Source: an uncultured archaeon (lineage in GTDB: Archaea > Asgardarchaeota > Thorarchaeia > Thorarchaeales > Thorarchaeaceae). From it: a stretch of DNA of 64,000 nt. Where the stretch lies: positions 89,640 to 153,639 of the forward strand of contig CAYYQL010000003.1 of assembly GCA_964473825.1 (NCBI GenBank), in the 5' to 3' direction. Shown here piece by piece: positions 1-10,585 of this stretch. Under the pieces are notes generated by a model. It did no database searches. It was not told the origin of the DNA and saw only the letters and a program-made list of their open reading frames with translations. Position numbers and translations under genes: made by a program. Each line of letters starts with the position of its first letter. Within the stretch, counting starts at the first letter, position 1.

Positions 1-702
1 TTCAGGTGTTAGAATTGCAGGTCCAGAGAATCGTTTTCCCTTCTTTGCCCCGAGATTCTGCAGTACTCTTTCTGAAAAAAGATCTGTTGTGCCTTCAATG
101 TCCGCATCAGAGAGATTGGTGACTGAGTAGTACATATAGTTGAAAGAACCTACATTATCATCGTCAACGGCCATCCCAAAAAGGAGCCATTGAAGAAGTG
201 TCTTCTTGTATTCTGCTTCAATTCCTCTTGATGAAGCAATAGCCCTATCGGTTGATTTGGCAGTCAAGAAACTCATAGAACCGATGGTAACTCTCTCGTC
301 AAAGCCCTTGGCAGTATCTATGATCCTATTTCCAATGTTAAGAATATCCTCTGTTGAAAGTGTATCGATTTCCTTATCACAAAGAGTGGGCATAGAGTTG
401 ATGGGCTTCGGTTCCGGGAGTAAGTAGTAATCAGCAGATGGCGTTGACTTTGCAATGGATAATGCATCCAGAAGCCCCTTCTCCACTCTCTTGGTATCGA
501 AAGAATTTACGCTTACGAATCCCAGAGACTTGTCTTTGAGAATACGGATTCCAACTCCCTGCAGGACACTACCCACCACGCTCTTTAAAGCACTATTTTC
601 GAGGTTGACAGTATGAGATCGAGCTTGTTCTGCAAATACCTCAACCTCGTCAGCGCCAAGTGTCAGAGCCCTCTTGACGAAGGGTCTGATGAAATCAACC
701 AA
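1..702 (-). CDS. tldE: TldE/PmbA family protein (N-terminal part; runs off window start)
   Basis: Own translation from TTG at 702: MVDFIRPFVKRALTLGADEVEVFAEQARSHTVNLEN...GVGIRILKDKSLGFVS, a PmbA/TldD-type N-domain; directly follows tldD. Confidence 0.85.
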   Translation of the reverse strand, partial: MVDFIRPFVKRALTLGADEVEVFAEQARSHTVNLENSALKSVVGSVLQGVGIRILKDKSLGFVSVNSFDTKRVEKGLLDALSIAKSTPSADYYLLPEPKPINSMPTLCDKEIDTLSTEDILNIGNRIIDTAKGFDERVTIGSMSFLTAKSTDRAIASSRGIEAEYKKTLLQWLLFGMAVDDDNVGSFNYMYYSVTNLSDADIEGTTDLFSERVLQNLGAKKGKRFSGPAILTPE

Positions 703-715
703 TCTCTCCCCTATT

Positions 716-2095
716 CTAGCCACCTCCACCTGAAACAAGGGTTCTAGCACGGGTCGTGCCTCCTCCACCATCTACTTTCGCGAGCTGCCCCTTCCCGCAG
801 TGCCCACAGCCCATTCCGAGCTTCCAGTCTTTGCCAATTGCGTCAATTGACATGAGAACATCAAATGCATTACCAGTTAAGGCAAGGCTTCTCACCGGAC
901 TACCAATCTCGCCGTCCACAATCTCATAGGCTTGGGACATCTCAAACATAAATTCTGCACTGCTGTCTGCCTGTCCTCCCCCAGGCTCTACGCAAAGATA
1001 TCCGAAATCGATTCCCTCAAGTATCTCTTCGTACGAGAAATCGCCGGCCTCAAGGTAGGTATTCCTCATTCTGATAAGGGGTTCGACATTGTATTCAAAT
1101 GCCCGCTCATTTCCGGTTGGTTCGACTCCGAAGTGATGTGCAGAGTGACGACTGTGGAGGTATGACTTCATAACGCCCTTCTCAATAATGACCGTACTCT
1201 CAGATTGCACACCGGCGTCATCAACAGCTAACCATCCTGCTGCAGCCATCTGATTTCCTGAATCAACCAGTGTCACCATTTCACTCGCAATTCTTTTCCC
1301 AATCTTCCCCTTTGCAGCACTACCAGCCATAACGAAGTCGCTCTCAACAGTGTGTCCAATGGCTTCATGACAAATGATGCCCACAACCGAGGGATGCATC
1401 ACAACAGTCTGCTCTCCTCCTTTGGGGAAAGGTGCTTTCAGCAGTTTGATAGCGTAATCAGCAGCCTGCTTTGCCATCTCAGTTGGAGACCTATCAAAAA
1501 TCTCCCATCCCCCCGTTATCCCGTGAGCAGAATATGCTGGGACAATAGTACCTCCTTCTGACGCCACTGCTCTAAGAATGAAATCCGGTCTACTATCTAA
1601 TATCTCGACATCAGTGCCATCCGAGTTCATGATTATTCGATGGTTTTGAGGCACTCTTAGCGATGTGAAGGAGCCACTAATCCTATTATCGTAGTCGTTG
1701 ACAGTTTTGTCCGCTTCTTTGAAGAGCTCTACCATTTCTTCAATTGAATGATTCTCAAACGGATCCTTTCCAAGGTTCGAGTAGGTACCCTCTACAGGTT
1801 CAATTGGTGCAAGCTCTACTTTCTCTTTCTTGCTCTTTGAAACAGCTGTGGCTGCTGATATGGCATTGTCGAGTGTTTCGTCTACTGACTTGAGATCAAG
1901 GATGCTCGTGCTTGCATAGCCCCAAGCGCCGTTTACTAGTACACGAATACCTATCCCTGCAAAGTCATCTACAGTAGCCGTCTTCAGTTCTCCTTTCTCA
2001 ATTAGAATTTGCGTGTTCATCCGTGAATGATATCGCGCTTCGACATGAACTCCACTAGGGGCATTGTCAAGGCTTCGGCGCACAAGTTCCTTCAT
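716..2095 (-). CDS. tldD: TldD metalloprotease
   Basis: HEAIGH zinc motif, GIGIRVL..GAWGYAS, RMRNTY, C-terminal CGKGQ. Confidence 0.95.
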   Translation of the reverse strand: MKELVRRSLDNAPSGVHVEARYHSRMNTQILIEKGELKTATVDDFAGIGIRVLVNGAWGYASTSILDLKSVDETLDNAISAATAVSKSKKEKVELAPIEPVEGTYSNLGKDPFENHSIEEMVELFKEADKTVNDYDNRISGSFTSLRVPQNHRIIMNSDGTDVEILDSRPDFILRAVASEGGTIVPAYSAHGITGGWEIFDRSPTEMAKQAADYAIKLLKAPFPKGGEQTVVMHPSVVGIICHEAIGHTVESDFVMAGSAAKGKIGKRIASEMVTLVDSGNQMAAAGWLAVDDAGVQSESTVIIEKGVMKSYLHSRHSAHHFGVEPTGNERAFEYNVEPLIRMRNTYLEAGDFSYEEILEGIDFGYLCVEPGGGQADSSAEFMFEMSQAYEIVDGEIGSPVRSLALTGNAFDVLMSIDAIGKDWKLGMGCGHCGKGQLAKVDGGGGTTRARTLVSGGGG

Positions 2096-2383
2096 CCCTC
2101 AGTCTCCTGTCCGAGAATACTGACCAATACTAATGTGGAACTCCTTAATAAGCAGTTATGGTGGCCCTATCCATCGCCTTATCAGTTGACTTCTTATCCT
2201 CTCGATCACCCAGAGGATTAGGGGAATGCCTACCCCCTCCGGGATTCACACTGGTGAAGCCTCCTGCTGATTCATTGTCAGACTTACCTCGCGTCGATGG
2301 CGACTTTGTGTGGGACTTCTGCAGTCGTCCCATTCCTTTATGAACAGGTAATTCCATAGCTCTCTGCAGAAGAGAGTGATTCT

Positions 2384-4399
2384 GTGAGATTTGATATATC
2401 AGACGCAATGACGGTCAGGCTCTCTAAGGAACTGCCTCCCTATCCCGATTTTGACCCGAAATACAGGCGGGCTCCTGACCGAGGGTATGACCTCAACCGT
2501 GACGATACGGTAACAGCAGTAAAGAACGCCCTGCGATATGTTCCCACGGAGCTACATGCACAGCTCGCTCCAGAGTTCTTAGAGGAGCTTATGAAACGGG
2601 GCAGAATCTATGCGTACCGCTATCGCCCTCCAAGCGCAATTAGGGCACGACCGACAGATGCGTATAAGGGAATCCTCGAGGCGCGAGCCATTCAAGTCAT
2701 GATAGACAACAACTTGGATTTTGATGTTGCATTGTATCCGTACGAGCTCGTGACGTACGGAGAGTCAGGACAGGTCATGCAGAATTGGCTGCAATACCGA
2801 CTGGTCAAGAAGTACCTGGAGTCAATGGATGCAGAGCAGACTCTTGTTATGAGTTCAGGACACCCGCTTGGGCTATTTCCGTCGCGCCGAGAGGCTCCCA
2901 GGATGATTATCACAAATGGTCTAATGGTGGGTATGTTCGACACCCCTGAGGACTTCCACTGGGCGACACAGATGGGTGTGGTCAACTATGGCCAAATGAC
3001 GGCTGGGGGGCTCATGTATATCGGGCCACAAGGGATTGTGCACGGCACCTACATCACTCTTCTCAATGCGGGACGACAGTATCTGGACATTCCTGAGGAC
3101 GAGGATTTGGCGGGGCGGGTGTACTTGACCTCTGGGCTTGGGGGGATGAGTGGTGCACAGGCTAAGGCCATTGAGATTGCAGGAGGTATTGGTGTCATTG
3201 CCGAGGTTGATAGGAGCCGTATAGAGACCCGCGGTAAACAGGGATGGCTCTCCAAATGGTCTGATGATTTAGAAGAGGTATTCGAATGGGTAGAGACACA
3301 CCGCAAGAGTAAGGAGGCTGTTTCGATTGGCTATTACGGAAACATAGTCGACCTGTGGAGGTACGTCGTTGATAACGAGGTTCCTATTGAGCTTGCCTCG
3401 GACCAGACCTCCTGCCATGCTGTATACGAGGGCGGATATACCCCACAGGGGGTTGGGTTTGAAGAGGGCCGAGAACTATTGAAGAGAGACCGTAACAAGT
3501 TCAAGAAGCTCGTCGACGAATCACTTGAGAGACAATTCAAGCTCATCAAGACCATGGCCGAACGTGGGACGCACTTCTGGGACTACGGGAACAGCTTCAT
3601 GAAGGCAGTATTCGATGCGGGGGTGAAAGAGATTGTCACGAACGGTTCGGACACGAAAGACGGCTTCATATTTCCCTCGTACGTCGAGGACATCATGGGC
3701 CCCATATGTTTTGACTATGGATATGGCCCATTTCGCTGGGTCTGTCTGAGTGGAAGACATGAGGATCTAGTGACCACCGACAAAGCAGCCATGTCCTGCA
3801 TAGACCCAACGCGACGTGGCCAGGATCGAGACAACTATGTCTGGATTCGAGATGCTGACGAGAACAACCTTGTCGTGGGTTCACAGGCCCGAATCCTCTA
3901 TGCAGATGCAGAGGGTCGGATAGAGATCGCCCTGAAGTTCAATCAGCTTGTCCGAGAGGGTAAGGTTCAGCCCATCATGCTTGGTCGCGACCATCATGAT
4001 ACAGGCGGAACAGACTCCCCGTATCGAGAAACGTCGAACATCTATGACGGAAGCAACATCACCAGTGACATGGCGCATCACTGTTGGGCAGGCAATGTCG
4101 CCCGGGGCATGACAATGTGCGTCCTATCTAACGGCGGCGGTGTAGGGACAGGCAAGGCCATCAACGGAGGGTTCGGTCTAGTCCTTGATGGTAGTGAGAG
4201 AGTTGATTCCATCATCAAATCTGCCCTTGATTGGGATGTGAACTGCGGTGTCGCAAGGCGGGCATGGGCTCGAAATGACCATGCACTGGAAACTGCAATA
4301 AGATGGAACAAGAATCTCAAAGGCAGAGGGCAGATCACCGTGCCATTCATCCCAGAGGAAGGGCTTCTTGAAGAACTGGTGGACAAGAGATTAGACTAG
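2384..4399 (+). CDS. hutU: Urocanate hydratase, long (UROC1-like) form; probable ATG start 2408
   Basis: YGQMTAGG..YIGPQGIVHGT, SDQTSCH, GRDHHD, DSPYRETSNIYDGS motifs. Confidence 0.97.
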   Translation: MRFDISDAMTVRLSKELPPYPDFDPKYRRAPDRGYDLNRDDTVTAVKNALRYVPTELHAQLAPEFLEELMKRGRIYAYRYRPPSAIRARPTDAYKGILEARAIQVMIDNNLDFDVALYPYELVTYGESGQVMQNWLQYRLVKKYLESMDAEQTLVMSSGHPLGLFPSRREAPRMIITNGLMVGMFDTPEDFHWATQMGVVNYGQMTAGGLMYIGPQGIVHGTYITLLNAGRQYLDIPEDEDLAGRVYLTSGLGGMSGAQAKAIEIAGGIGVIAEVDRSRIETRGKQGWLSKWSDDLEEVFEWVETHRKSKEAVSIGYYGNIVDLWRYVVDNEVPIELASDQTSCHAVYEGGYTPQGVGFEEGRELLKRDRNKFKKLVDESLERQFKLIKTMAERGTHFWDYGNSFMKAVFDAGVKEIVTNGSDTKDGFIFPSYVEDIMGPICFDYGYGPFRWVCLSGRHEDLVTTDKAAMSCIDPTRRGQDRDNYVWIRDADENNLVVGSQARILYADAEGRIEIALKFNQLVREGKVQPIMLGRDHHDTGGTDSPYRETSNIYDGSNITSDMAHHCWAGNVARGMTMCVLSNGGGVGTGKAINGGFGLVLDGSERVDSIIKSALDWDVNCGVARRAWARNDHALETAIRWNKNLKGRGQITVPFIPEEGLLEELVDKRLD

Positions 4400-4404
4400 T
4401 CCCT

Positions 4405-5058
4405 TCAACATGTTCCTTCGCGGTTTGCCAAGAAGAGCCGTTTCTGTTTCTTGGAGCTTCTATCCGCAAGCCTTAGTGGTTCAGGGTAACCTTGCCGGGC
4501 GCATGCCCGTACGATCGAAACACAAGTCTGTAGAGCGACTCTATGGCCAACCGACACGTAGATTGGATTCTCTCTCTCCCCGAACCACAGAGCCATTCCC
4601 ACAACCTCCCCTCGGTGAACAATCTTTGCCTGATTATCATCTCTCTCTTCAATCTCGCCGAGAAGAAGACGCTTTGCAACTCCTATGGTCACAAGGTCTA
4701 ACCTGACCCCAATATGGGATGCGAGACCAAATCTCCTCGGATGCAAGATTCCATTTCCGTCCACAAGAACTGGTCCCGTTGGGCGGTCTTTCAACAGCAA
4801 CTGCTCTAGAACTGGCCCTTCCCTCAAGTAGAACTGCTCTGGCACATACTCTTCCACTTCAGTTACTACAATCCGGGTTTCGCGGAGTGGTTTGTTGTTT
4901 GCGATATCGAGAGTCACCGCAGCTCCAAAAGCAAGACTCTCTTGATAGGCAACATCAACGCCTGTCACATGATTCCTATTCAAGATGCTGTCATCTGTCC
5001 TGATGACGCTCTTACGGAGTCTATTCTGTTCTCCTTTGAGCCAACTTCTCATTGACAA
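4405..5058 (-). CDS. nfi: Endonuclease V
   Basis: GVDVAY, VDGNGILHPRRFGLASHIG, TIGVAK, PIYVSVGH motifs. Confidence 0.95.
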   Translation of the reverse strand: MSMRSWLKGEQNRLRKSVIRTDDSILNRNHVTGVDVAYQESLAFGAAVTLDIANNKPLRETRIVVTEVEEYVPEQFYLREGPVLEQLLLKDRPTGPVLVDGNGILHPRRFGLASHIGVRLDLVTIGVAKRLLLGEIEERDDNQAKIVHRGEVVGMALWFGERENPIYVSVGHRVALQTCVSIVRACARQGYPEPLRLADRSSKKQKRLFLANREGTC

Positions 5059-5107
5059 ATCCCGCCTATTTCAACCCCCATAATTGAAGCGCGAAGATTT
5101 CCCTTGT

Positions 5108-5752
5108 CTACTTGAGATACTCCTCAATCACACCATGAGTTGCCTTCTTCCATTCCACTGACTTCTTGGCAAGTTCCATAGCTATGTCGCCAGGGAGTGA
5201 TTCGTCTTTAGAGTATTCTTCCATCTTCGACAGCCATGCGCTTGTCGTCAGTGAAGTGGGCTGAACTTCCTCGCCCTCAGTGGCTTTGATTAGCATCTCT
5301 CTTCCGTGTGCGACCTGAATGTAGATTGAGCTGAGCGGTGCTTTGTTGAGGATCTCAAATACCAGTCGGTCCCAGCACATCTTTGCAGTCAACGCTCGTT
5401 TCAGTCTGCTTTGCTCGTCGTCGGGGAGTTCATTGTACTTCTGAACTGCGTCTTCGAAGCGTTCTGCGATTCCATCCACCATCGGTTTCAGTGCGGATTC
5501 ATCCTCTCCCCATGCAGTGAATTCAACGGAGCGTTGAGCCTCTTCAACCCATATCCGTATCGTAACATCTCCATCATCCGACTTGACCGAAAATATTGCC
5601 TTACCCTTGAAAATTTGACTCTCGGCCTCGCTATACTCATTCAGGATTACCCCTGGTTTGCCGGCGACAGTATACCAGGCCAACCTGAATATAACTGACG
5701 ACTCAGGTCGGTCATAGCTTAGAGTCCGTGAGATCTTGGGGCGATCATCCAT
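5108..5752 (-). CDS. Hypothetical protein downstream of SepSecS
   Basis: Long ORF with protein-like composition; ATG 5752 avoids the 80-nt overlap with SepSecS; no recognisable motif. Confidence 0.75.
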   Translation of the reverse strand: MDDRPKISRTLSYDRPESSVIFRLAWYTVAGKPGVILNEYSEAESQIFKGKAIFSVKSDDGDVTIRIWVEEAQRSVEFTAWGEDESALKPMVDGIAERFEDAVQKYNELPDDEQSRLKRALTAKMCWDRLVFEILNKAPLSSIYIQVAHGREMLIKATEGEEVQPTSLTTSAWLSKMEEYSKDESLPGDIAMELAKKSVEWKKATHGVIEEYLK

Positions 5753-5783
5753 CTCTTCCAAGCGAACACTCCCGATGATATCT

Positions 5784-7106
5784 CTATGAAATTTTACCGA
5801 GTTCCTTATAGAGTTTGGCTGTCGCTCCCTCAACATCCTTTCTTCTTGCTCCAATTGCCGCATTCATCACGATGTAGCTATGAGGGTAGTTGTCTACAGA
5901 TGACCCTCGTGCCCCTCTTTCTACTGCTCGGGGACCGGTCACTCTTCGCGTGTATAATCTCGCTCCCAGCTCATTGGCATCAATACCATCAAGGGTCATG
6001 GCACAGGAAATGGGGTTCTCAACTCTCAGGACTCTTTGGCCCAACTCGTCTGCCATCTCTGATAGTCTGGACTCCAGAAGTCTGCGGTTTATCTTCTGTT
6101 CCTCCATCAGCTCACGATACCCATCGTGACCGAGAACTAGAAGAGCGGCCAATGTCTGCACAACTGGAGCCGCAGAGGCTCTTCCTGCATATGTTTCAGC
6201 AATACCCTCAATGCAAGCTTCATCGGGAGATACAACTACTGTTCCACCAACGGGTGTGAGAAAGTTCTTGTCATTGCTCTGAACAACGGCATCTACTCTA
6301 CCAGCATCAACTGCGGATCTGACAGCCTCCATGATGGACTCGGATTGGACACCATATGCATTGTTGATGACCATTGGTATATCTCTTTCTTGACAGACTC
6401 TTGCGATGGCCTTGATTGGATCTGACTCGCGGGGCGCGAAGAATGTGGTTGTTGCAAGTATTGCGCATTTGGTCTCTTGTGAAGCAGCTTTCTCCAAGCT
6501 ATCTAGATCACACCTGACGGCATCTCCATCGATTTTCGTTTTGATGATGACCTCCTCGAGGCCGGCCATTGCTATGCCTCTTGTCGGAGACGTGTGGTCT
6601 ATTCTAGGATAGAGGACGCGTCTGACACCGTATTTCATCCTCAGATACGAGAGTGTGAGGGAGATGGTCATGCCGGTAGACATCGGAAGGATCAGCCCGT
6701 CCCTAACATTTGGAAGCCCCAGCTTTCTTATGGCATCCAGCGCGATCTGATTGGCCAGCCTTTGCATGAGTGATGCCCCTGGGGCTTTTGGCTGCGGTGC
6801 GGTGATATGCCCGCTCCTTCCTATGCCATGGTTAAATCCTGCTGAGAGTTCTCCTATCAGGTTCGACGCTATTCTGCCCTCTCGCTCTCCCACTCGGGCT
6901 GCCTCAGGATCCTTATCCGAGTCCATTGATGAGAGAATCCTGAGCAACCACTCAACCTGAAGGTCCGTGAAACCTGTTGCAGGAAACTGTCTTCGATTGA
7001 GAAGATCCTTGATGGGAGACATCAACGATTCGAAAGTAACGCCTGCTCTTCGGCGGATGCTATCCGGTAGAGTATCCATCAACCTAGTGATAATCTCGTC
7101 ATTCAT
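5784..7106 (-). CDS. spcS: O-phosphoseryl-tRNA(Sec) selenium transferase (SepSecS)
   Basis: VGEREGRIAS, HGIGRSG...QPKAPG, NNAYG, VQSNDKNF (PLP lysine), YAGRAS. Confidence 0.96.
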   Translation of the reverse strand: MNDEIITRLMDTLPDSIRRRAGVTFESLMSPIKDLLNRRQFPATGFTDLQVEWLLRILSSMDSDKDPEAARVGEREGRIASNLIGELSAGFNHGIGRSGHITAPQPKAPGASLMQRLANQIALDAIRKLGLPNVRDGLILPMSTGMTISLTLSYLRMKYGVRRVLYPRIDHTSPTRGIAMAGLEEVIIKTKIDGDAVRCDLDSLEKAASQETKCAILATTTFFAPRESDPIKAIARVCQERDIPMVINNAYGVQSESIMEAVRSAVDAGRVDAVVQSNDKNFLTPVGGTVVVSPDEACIEGIAETYAGRASAAPVVQTLAALLVLGHDGYRELMEEQKINRRLLESRLSEMADELGQRVLRVENPISCAMTLDGIDANELGARLYTRRVTGPRAVERGARGSSVDNYPHSYIVMNAAIGARRKDVEGATAKLYKELGKIS

Positions 7107-8500
7107 AGTTCAATTGTCTCCTTTCGTAGAATATCGAGCCGAACCTCTTCTCCGATCTCGACAGCATCTTCGAATGTTGCCGAAACCAAACCTCTTGTTC
7201 CAAAGGCTTGGCCGATAGTCCCATTGATGCCTGAGTCAGTAGTCACATTTCGCCCTTTTAGCCTCTCGGCCCCCTTCTTACTCGTTGCGAGTCCGATGAG
7301 TAAAGTATCTCTCTCGCGAACTCTCTCGACTCTACCTACTCTGGTACGTTTCCTGAACACTACGCGGTCATCTGAGCCATCCTCTATCTCTCCGGATCCG
7401 ATGATTCTCATCTGATTAGCAGGAAAGTCTGTTCTCAGAAGTAGGACTTTCATACCTCTCTCCGCAACTACCTTCTCTCTGAGTTTGAGGATGGCCATGA
7501 ATCGAGGATTTGTGACTTCGGGTTGTAAGACTCTTCTGTCTTCAACGCGTTCGAAGGGTATGATTTCGCCTGTTGTGCTGGGCATGCCGACTGCCACACT
7601 CACTGTCATTCTCTCAGTCACCCGGCCGAGATATAGGGGGTTGATTGTGATTCTTGCAGTGACCAGACTTGAAGGCCGAACGGAGTCTGGCTCCGCTAGG
7701 TAGTCCCCTCTCTCTATATCTTCATGGCCAACATCGGGAATATTGACTCCTATGCGATCCCCCGCTCTTGCTCGCTCTCGATCCTCTCCAAAGGTCTGTA
7801 TTGTCCTGACTTTGGCATGCCATCCCTTGGGACAAACTTCTATGGTCGTGCCTTGTTCGAGTTCTCCTCTTACTATTGTGCCAGTGACTACTGTGCCATG
7901 ACCTCGAACCGGGAATGCATGGTCGATGGGCATGAGGAGCGGGCCCGATACGTTTCGTTCTTTGGGATGTACTATCCTCTTGAGGGCCTCTTTCAGTTCA
8001 TCTATTCCCCTCGAAGACTTTGCGGAACACCGAACATACTCAACATCCCGAAATCTGGTTCCTGCCATCACTTCCCTCATGCGTTCTTCGGCCATATCGA
8101 GAGCAGACTCATCAACAAGGTCCGCTTTGGTTATTGCCACCACAATCGAGTCGATCTCCATTGCATCAAGAACAACCAGGTGCTCTCCGGTCTGTATCTT
8201 TGGCCCCTCGTCGGCAGCTACTGTCATGATTGCTGCATCAATGATGTTGGCTCCAGCCACAACACTTCTAATCAGATCTGCATGGCCAGGTGCATCTACC
8301 AGAGTCACAAGGTATGACTCTAGTCTGAACATAGTGAATCCCAAATCAATTGTGATTCCTCTCTCTTTGGATTGTGGATGCTTATCGAGACCTGCAGTTG
8401 ATGTTTTCTCCGTGAGAGCCCTGGCAAGTTCTGTCTTTCCGTGGTCGATGTGTCCCATGAGGCCCACGTGTACAGGTACGAGTTCTTTCATCAGGAACAC
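7103..8500 (-). CDS. selB: Selenocysteine-specific elongation factor SelB/EFSec
   Basis: GHIDHGKT, RGITIDLGF, LVDAPGHADLI, IDHAFPVRGHGTVVTGT; archaeal/eukaryotic-type domain IV (GQAFGTRG); overlaps SepSecS start. Confidence 0.95.
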   Translation of the reverse strand: MFLMKELVPVHVGLMGHIDHGKTELARALTEKTSTAGLDKHPQSKERGITIDLGFTMFRLESYLVTLVDAPGHADLIRSVVAGANIIDAAIMTVAADEGPKIQTGEHLVVLDAMEIDSIVVAITKADLVDESALDMAEERMREVMAGTRFRDVEYVRCSAKSSRGIDELKEALKRIVHPKERNVSGPLLMPIDHAFPVRGHGTVVTGTIVRGELEQGTTIEVCPKGWHAKVRTIQTFGEDRERARAGDRIGVNIPDVGHEDIERGDYLAEPDSVRPSSLVTARITINPLYLGRVTERMTVSVAVGMPSTTGEIIPFERVEDRRVLQPEVTNPRFMAILKLREKVVAERGMKVLLLRTDFPANQMRIIGSGEIEDGSDDRVVFRKRTRVGRVERVRERDTLLIGLATSKKGAERLKGRNVTTDSGINGTIGQAFGTRGLVSATFEDAVEIGEEVRLDILRKETIEL

Positions 8501-8611
8501 CTATTCTTCACAGAGATTTCTTGATTTTAACCTTGGCCACTCACTGTTGTTCTGAATCTGTCCCCAATGTATTACGAGGACTTTATTGGGGCATCCAATG
8601 AACACAGAATC

Positions 8612-9022
8612 ATGGTGTCTAGATCTCTTGAGAAGATGATTCTCATTGCCGTCGGTCTTACCACCGCCGTGATGATTGGTGTTCCCGTACTCCTCTTCGC
8701 CATCAATAATCTGAACAGTGCAACTGAGTATGAGCTGGCGCGGCTATTCTCAGAGAAGGTGCATGAAGGAGTCACAAGGGTGGATAATGGCAGTTTGACA
8801 CAGGTTCATTTTGATTTTACTGTTCCAGATGGAATTGAACTGATCTCAAACGGAAACACCCTTTCGATTTCTTATCGGAATGAGTACGGGGTCTTGGGCA
8901 TCTGGACTGAAGATTATTCACATGATATACTCGTTGAGTATCCACCTGAAACCGGCTACCAGTCTGTGACCATCAGGTTGGTTGATGACACATTGGTCAT
9001 ATCGTTTGCACCCGCAACGTAG
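8612..9022 (+). CDS. Membrane-anchored hypothetical protein (possible pilin-like)
   Basis: Short basic N-terminus, SLE then hydrophobic helix, then beta-rich soluble domain. Confidence 0.6.
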   Translation: MVSRSLEKMILIAVGLTTAVMIGVPVLLFAINNLNSATEYELARLFSEKVHEGVTRVDNGSLTQVHFDFTVPDGIELISNGNTLSISYRNEYGVLGIWTEDYSHDILVEYPPETGYQSVTIRLVDDTLVISFAPAT

Positions 9023-9122
9023 ATACTTCGCCATTTGCATCGTCATCATGTTTCAACACAACGTTTTTAATTATCTCTCAGGCTTTCGCCTTTCACAGTG
9101 CCTAAGGCGAGGACAGAGTGAC

Positions 9123-10178
9123 ATGGGCGAAAAAGCCGAAGAGTCCGAGACCATTGACGAAGAGAAACCCTCTGAAGCAACCGGAATCAAGACCAAAGAA
9201 GAAGCCAAGGATAAGAAGCGCGAGCCTGTTCGCCGTAGACTAGCAGGGTCTTTGGGTCTGATTCTCAATGTACGCATGTTGCGAAGAGTGGTACAGATCA
9301 TCTTCTTTCTGGGAATAAACGCTTACATCCTTACGGCATGGTTTGGTATGGAGCAAGTCACAGCATTCTGGACCGGTTTCAGGGATATACTACCAACATT
9401 GCCAATCATCGCACCCCTTGAGGCTCCCTTTGCTGTTCTAGCCGGTTCCTTTGATACTATACAGCGCGTCTTCACATCCGGAGCGTTTCCCTTCTTTACA
9501 CTTGGAGCAATGATAATCATCCTCACCGTTATTGGCCGTGCAGGATGTGCTTGGGTATGCCCTATCGGCACAATTCAAGACTTCATCACACTTCCCAAGC
9601 GCACGAAGCTTAGACCCTCTCCTCAGACCGAAAAGGAGCTTCGTCGTATCAAGGCCTACGTCTTTATTATAGTCATGTTCTTCGCTGTATGGGTTGGAAT
9701 CAGTGCATTGACGGGCACTGCGGATGTCCTCAGAACGGCACTGGGAATATTTGCAGACGCCGCTTTTGATCCTCTCAATCCTGCGTATATCCTCTTTGTC
9801 TTTGCTCCCGAGCAGATATGGCCCGAGAGCTTGGAAACACTCTGGTATCTGTTGTCATGGGACTTTGTTGTATGGCTTCAGTTTGGATTTGTTGTCGTCG
9901 TCTTCGTGATATCTTACTGGATTCCTAGATGGTTCTGCAGATGGCTATGTCCAGCTGGGTGGTTCTATGGTGTCTTCTCTCGGGACGCACTCATAGGCAT
10001 TGGGCGAAACCCGGCTCGATGTACCCCGGACACATGCAACGTATGCGAGGAAGTATGTCCAATGAACATCCGAATACGCAAGTTTCCGTATCAACATATG
10101 TACAGTGCCGACTGCATTCTCTGCTTGGAATGTAAGAGTCACTGCCCCAACGGCGCTATCGAGCTCAGATTTTCCTAG
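9123..10178 (+). CDS. Membrane 4Fe-4S protein, NapH/MauN-like
   Basis: GRAGCAWVCPIG, RWFCRWLCPAG, two ferredoxin-type Cys clusters, several TM helices. Confidence 0.88.
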   Translation: MGEKAEESETIDEEKPSEATGIKTKEEAKDKKREPVRRRLAGSLGLILNVRMLRRVVQIIFFLGINAYILTAWFGMEQVTAFWTGFRDILPTLPIIAPLEAPFAVLAGSFDTIQRVFTSGAFPFFTLGAMIIILTVIGRAGCAWVCPIGTIQDFITLPKRTKLRPSPQTEKELRRIKAYVFIIVMFFAVWVGISALTGTADVLRTALGIFADAAFDPLNPAYILFVFAPEQIWPESLETLWYLLSWDFVVWLQFGFVVVVFVISYWIPRWFCRWLCPAGWFYGVFSRDALIGIGRNPARCTPDTCNVCEEVCPMNIRIRKFPYQHMYSADCILCLECKSHCPNGAIELRFS

Positions 10179-10189
10179 GAGTTTCTTGC

Positions 10190-10531
10190 TCAATCTCTCT
10201 CTGCTACCAGCTCGAATTCGTTTCGGTATTTGGCAAATCGTTCTAGCAGCTGATGACCAACCTCCGTGAGGTTCGCTCCACCACCACCAACAGTTCCCCC
10301 TTTGTATGTCTCTAGGAGTCTGGTGTCGAGCTTCTTTTCGATTTTCCTGATGACCCCCCAAGCGTATCTGTATGACATTCCAAGCTTTCTTGCCCCCTCA
10401 GTAATTGTGCCTGTTTCCTTTATGGCTTGAAGAATGGCATAAGCCCCGGGGCCAAACACGTATTGCCCATCTTTCTCAAGCCAGAGCTTCCAGTTCGGAA
10501 GCAACTCACGAACGATGTCTTCTTCTTTCAA
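10190..10531 (-). CDS. ModE-family winged-helix regulator (DNA-binding domain only)
   Basis: FGPG..ILQAIKETGTITEGARKLGMSYRYAW...KGG..GGGANLT. Confidence 0.9.
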   Translation of the reverse strand: MKEEDIVRELLPNWKLWLEKDGQYVFGPGAYAILQAIKETGTITEGARKLGMSYRYAWGVIRKIEKKLDTRLLETYKGGTVGGGGANLTEVGHQLLERFAKYRNEFELVAERD

Positions 10532-10585
10532 GAGATGGTTCTCCTAGACGGTACAGTGTAGTACCTGTCCGCCTTTCTAAGTAAC

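Noticed and set aside
2145-2408. Short ORFs between tldD and hutU
   Set aside because: No motifs or clear SD; they overlap the divergent promoter region
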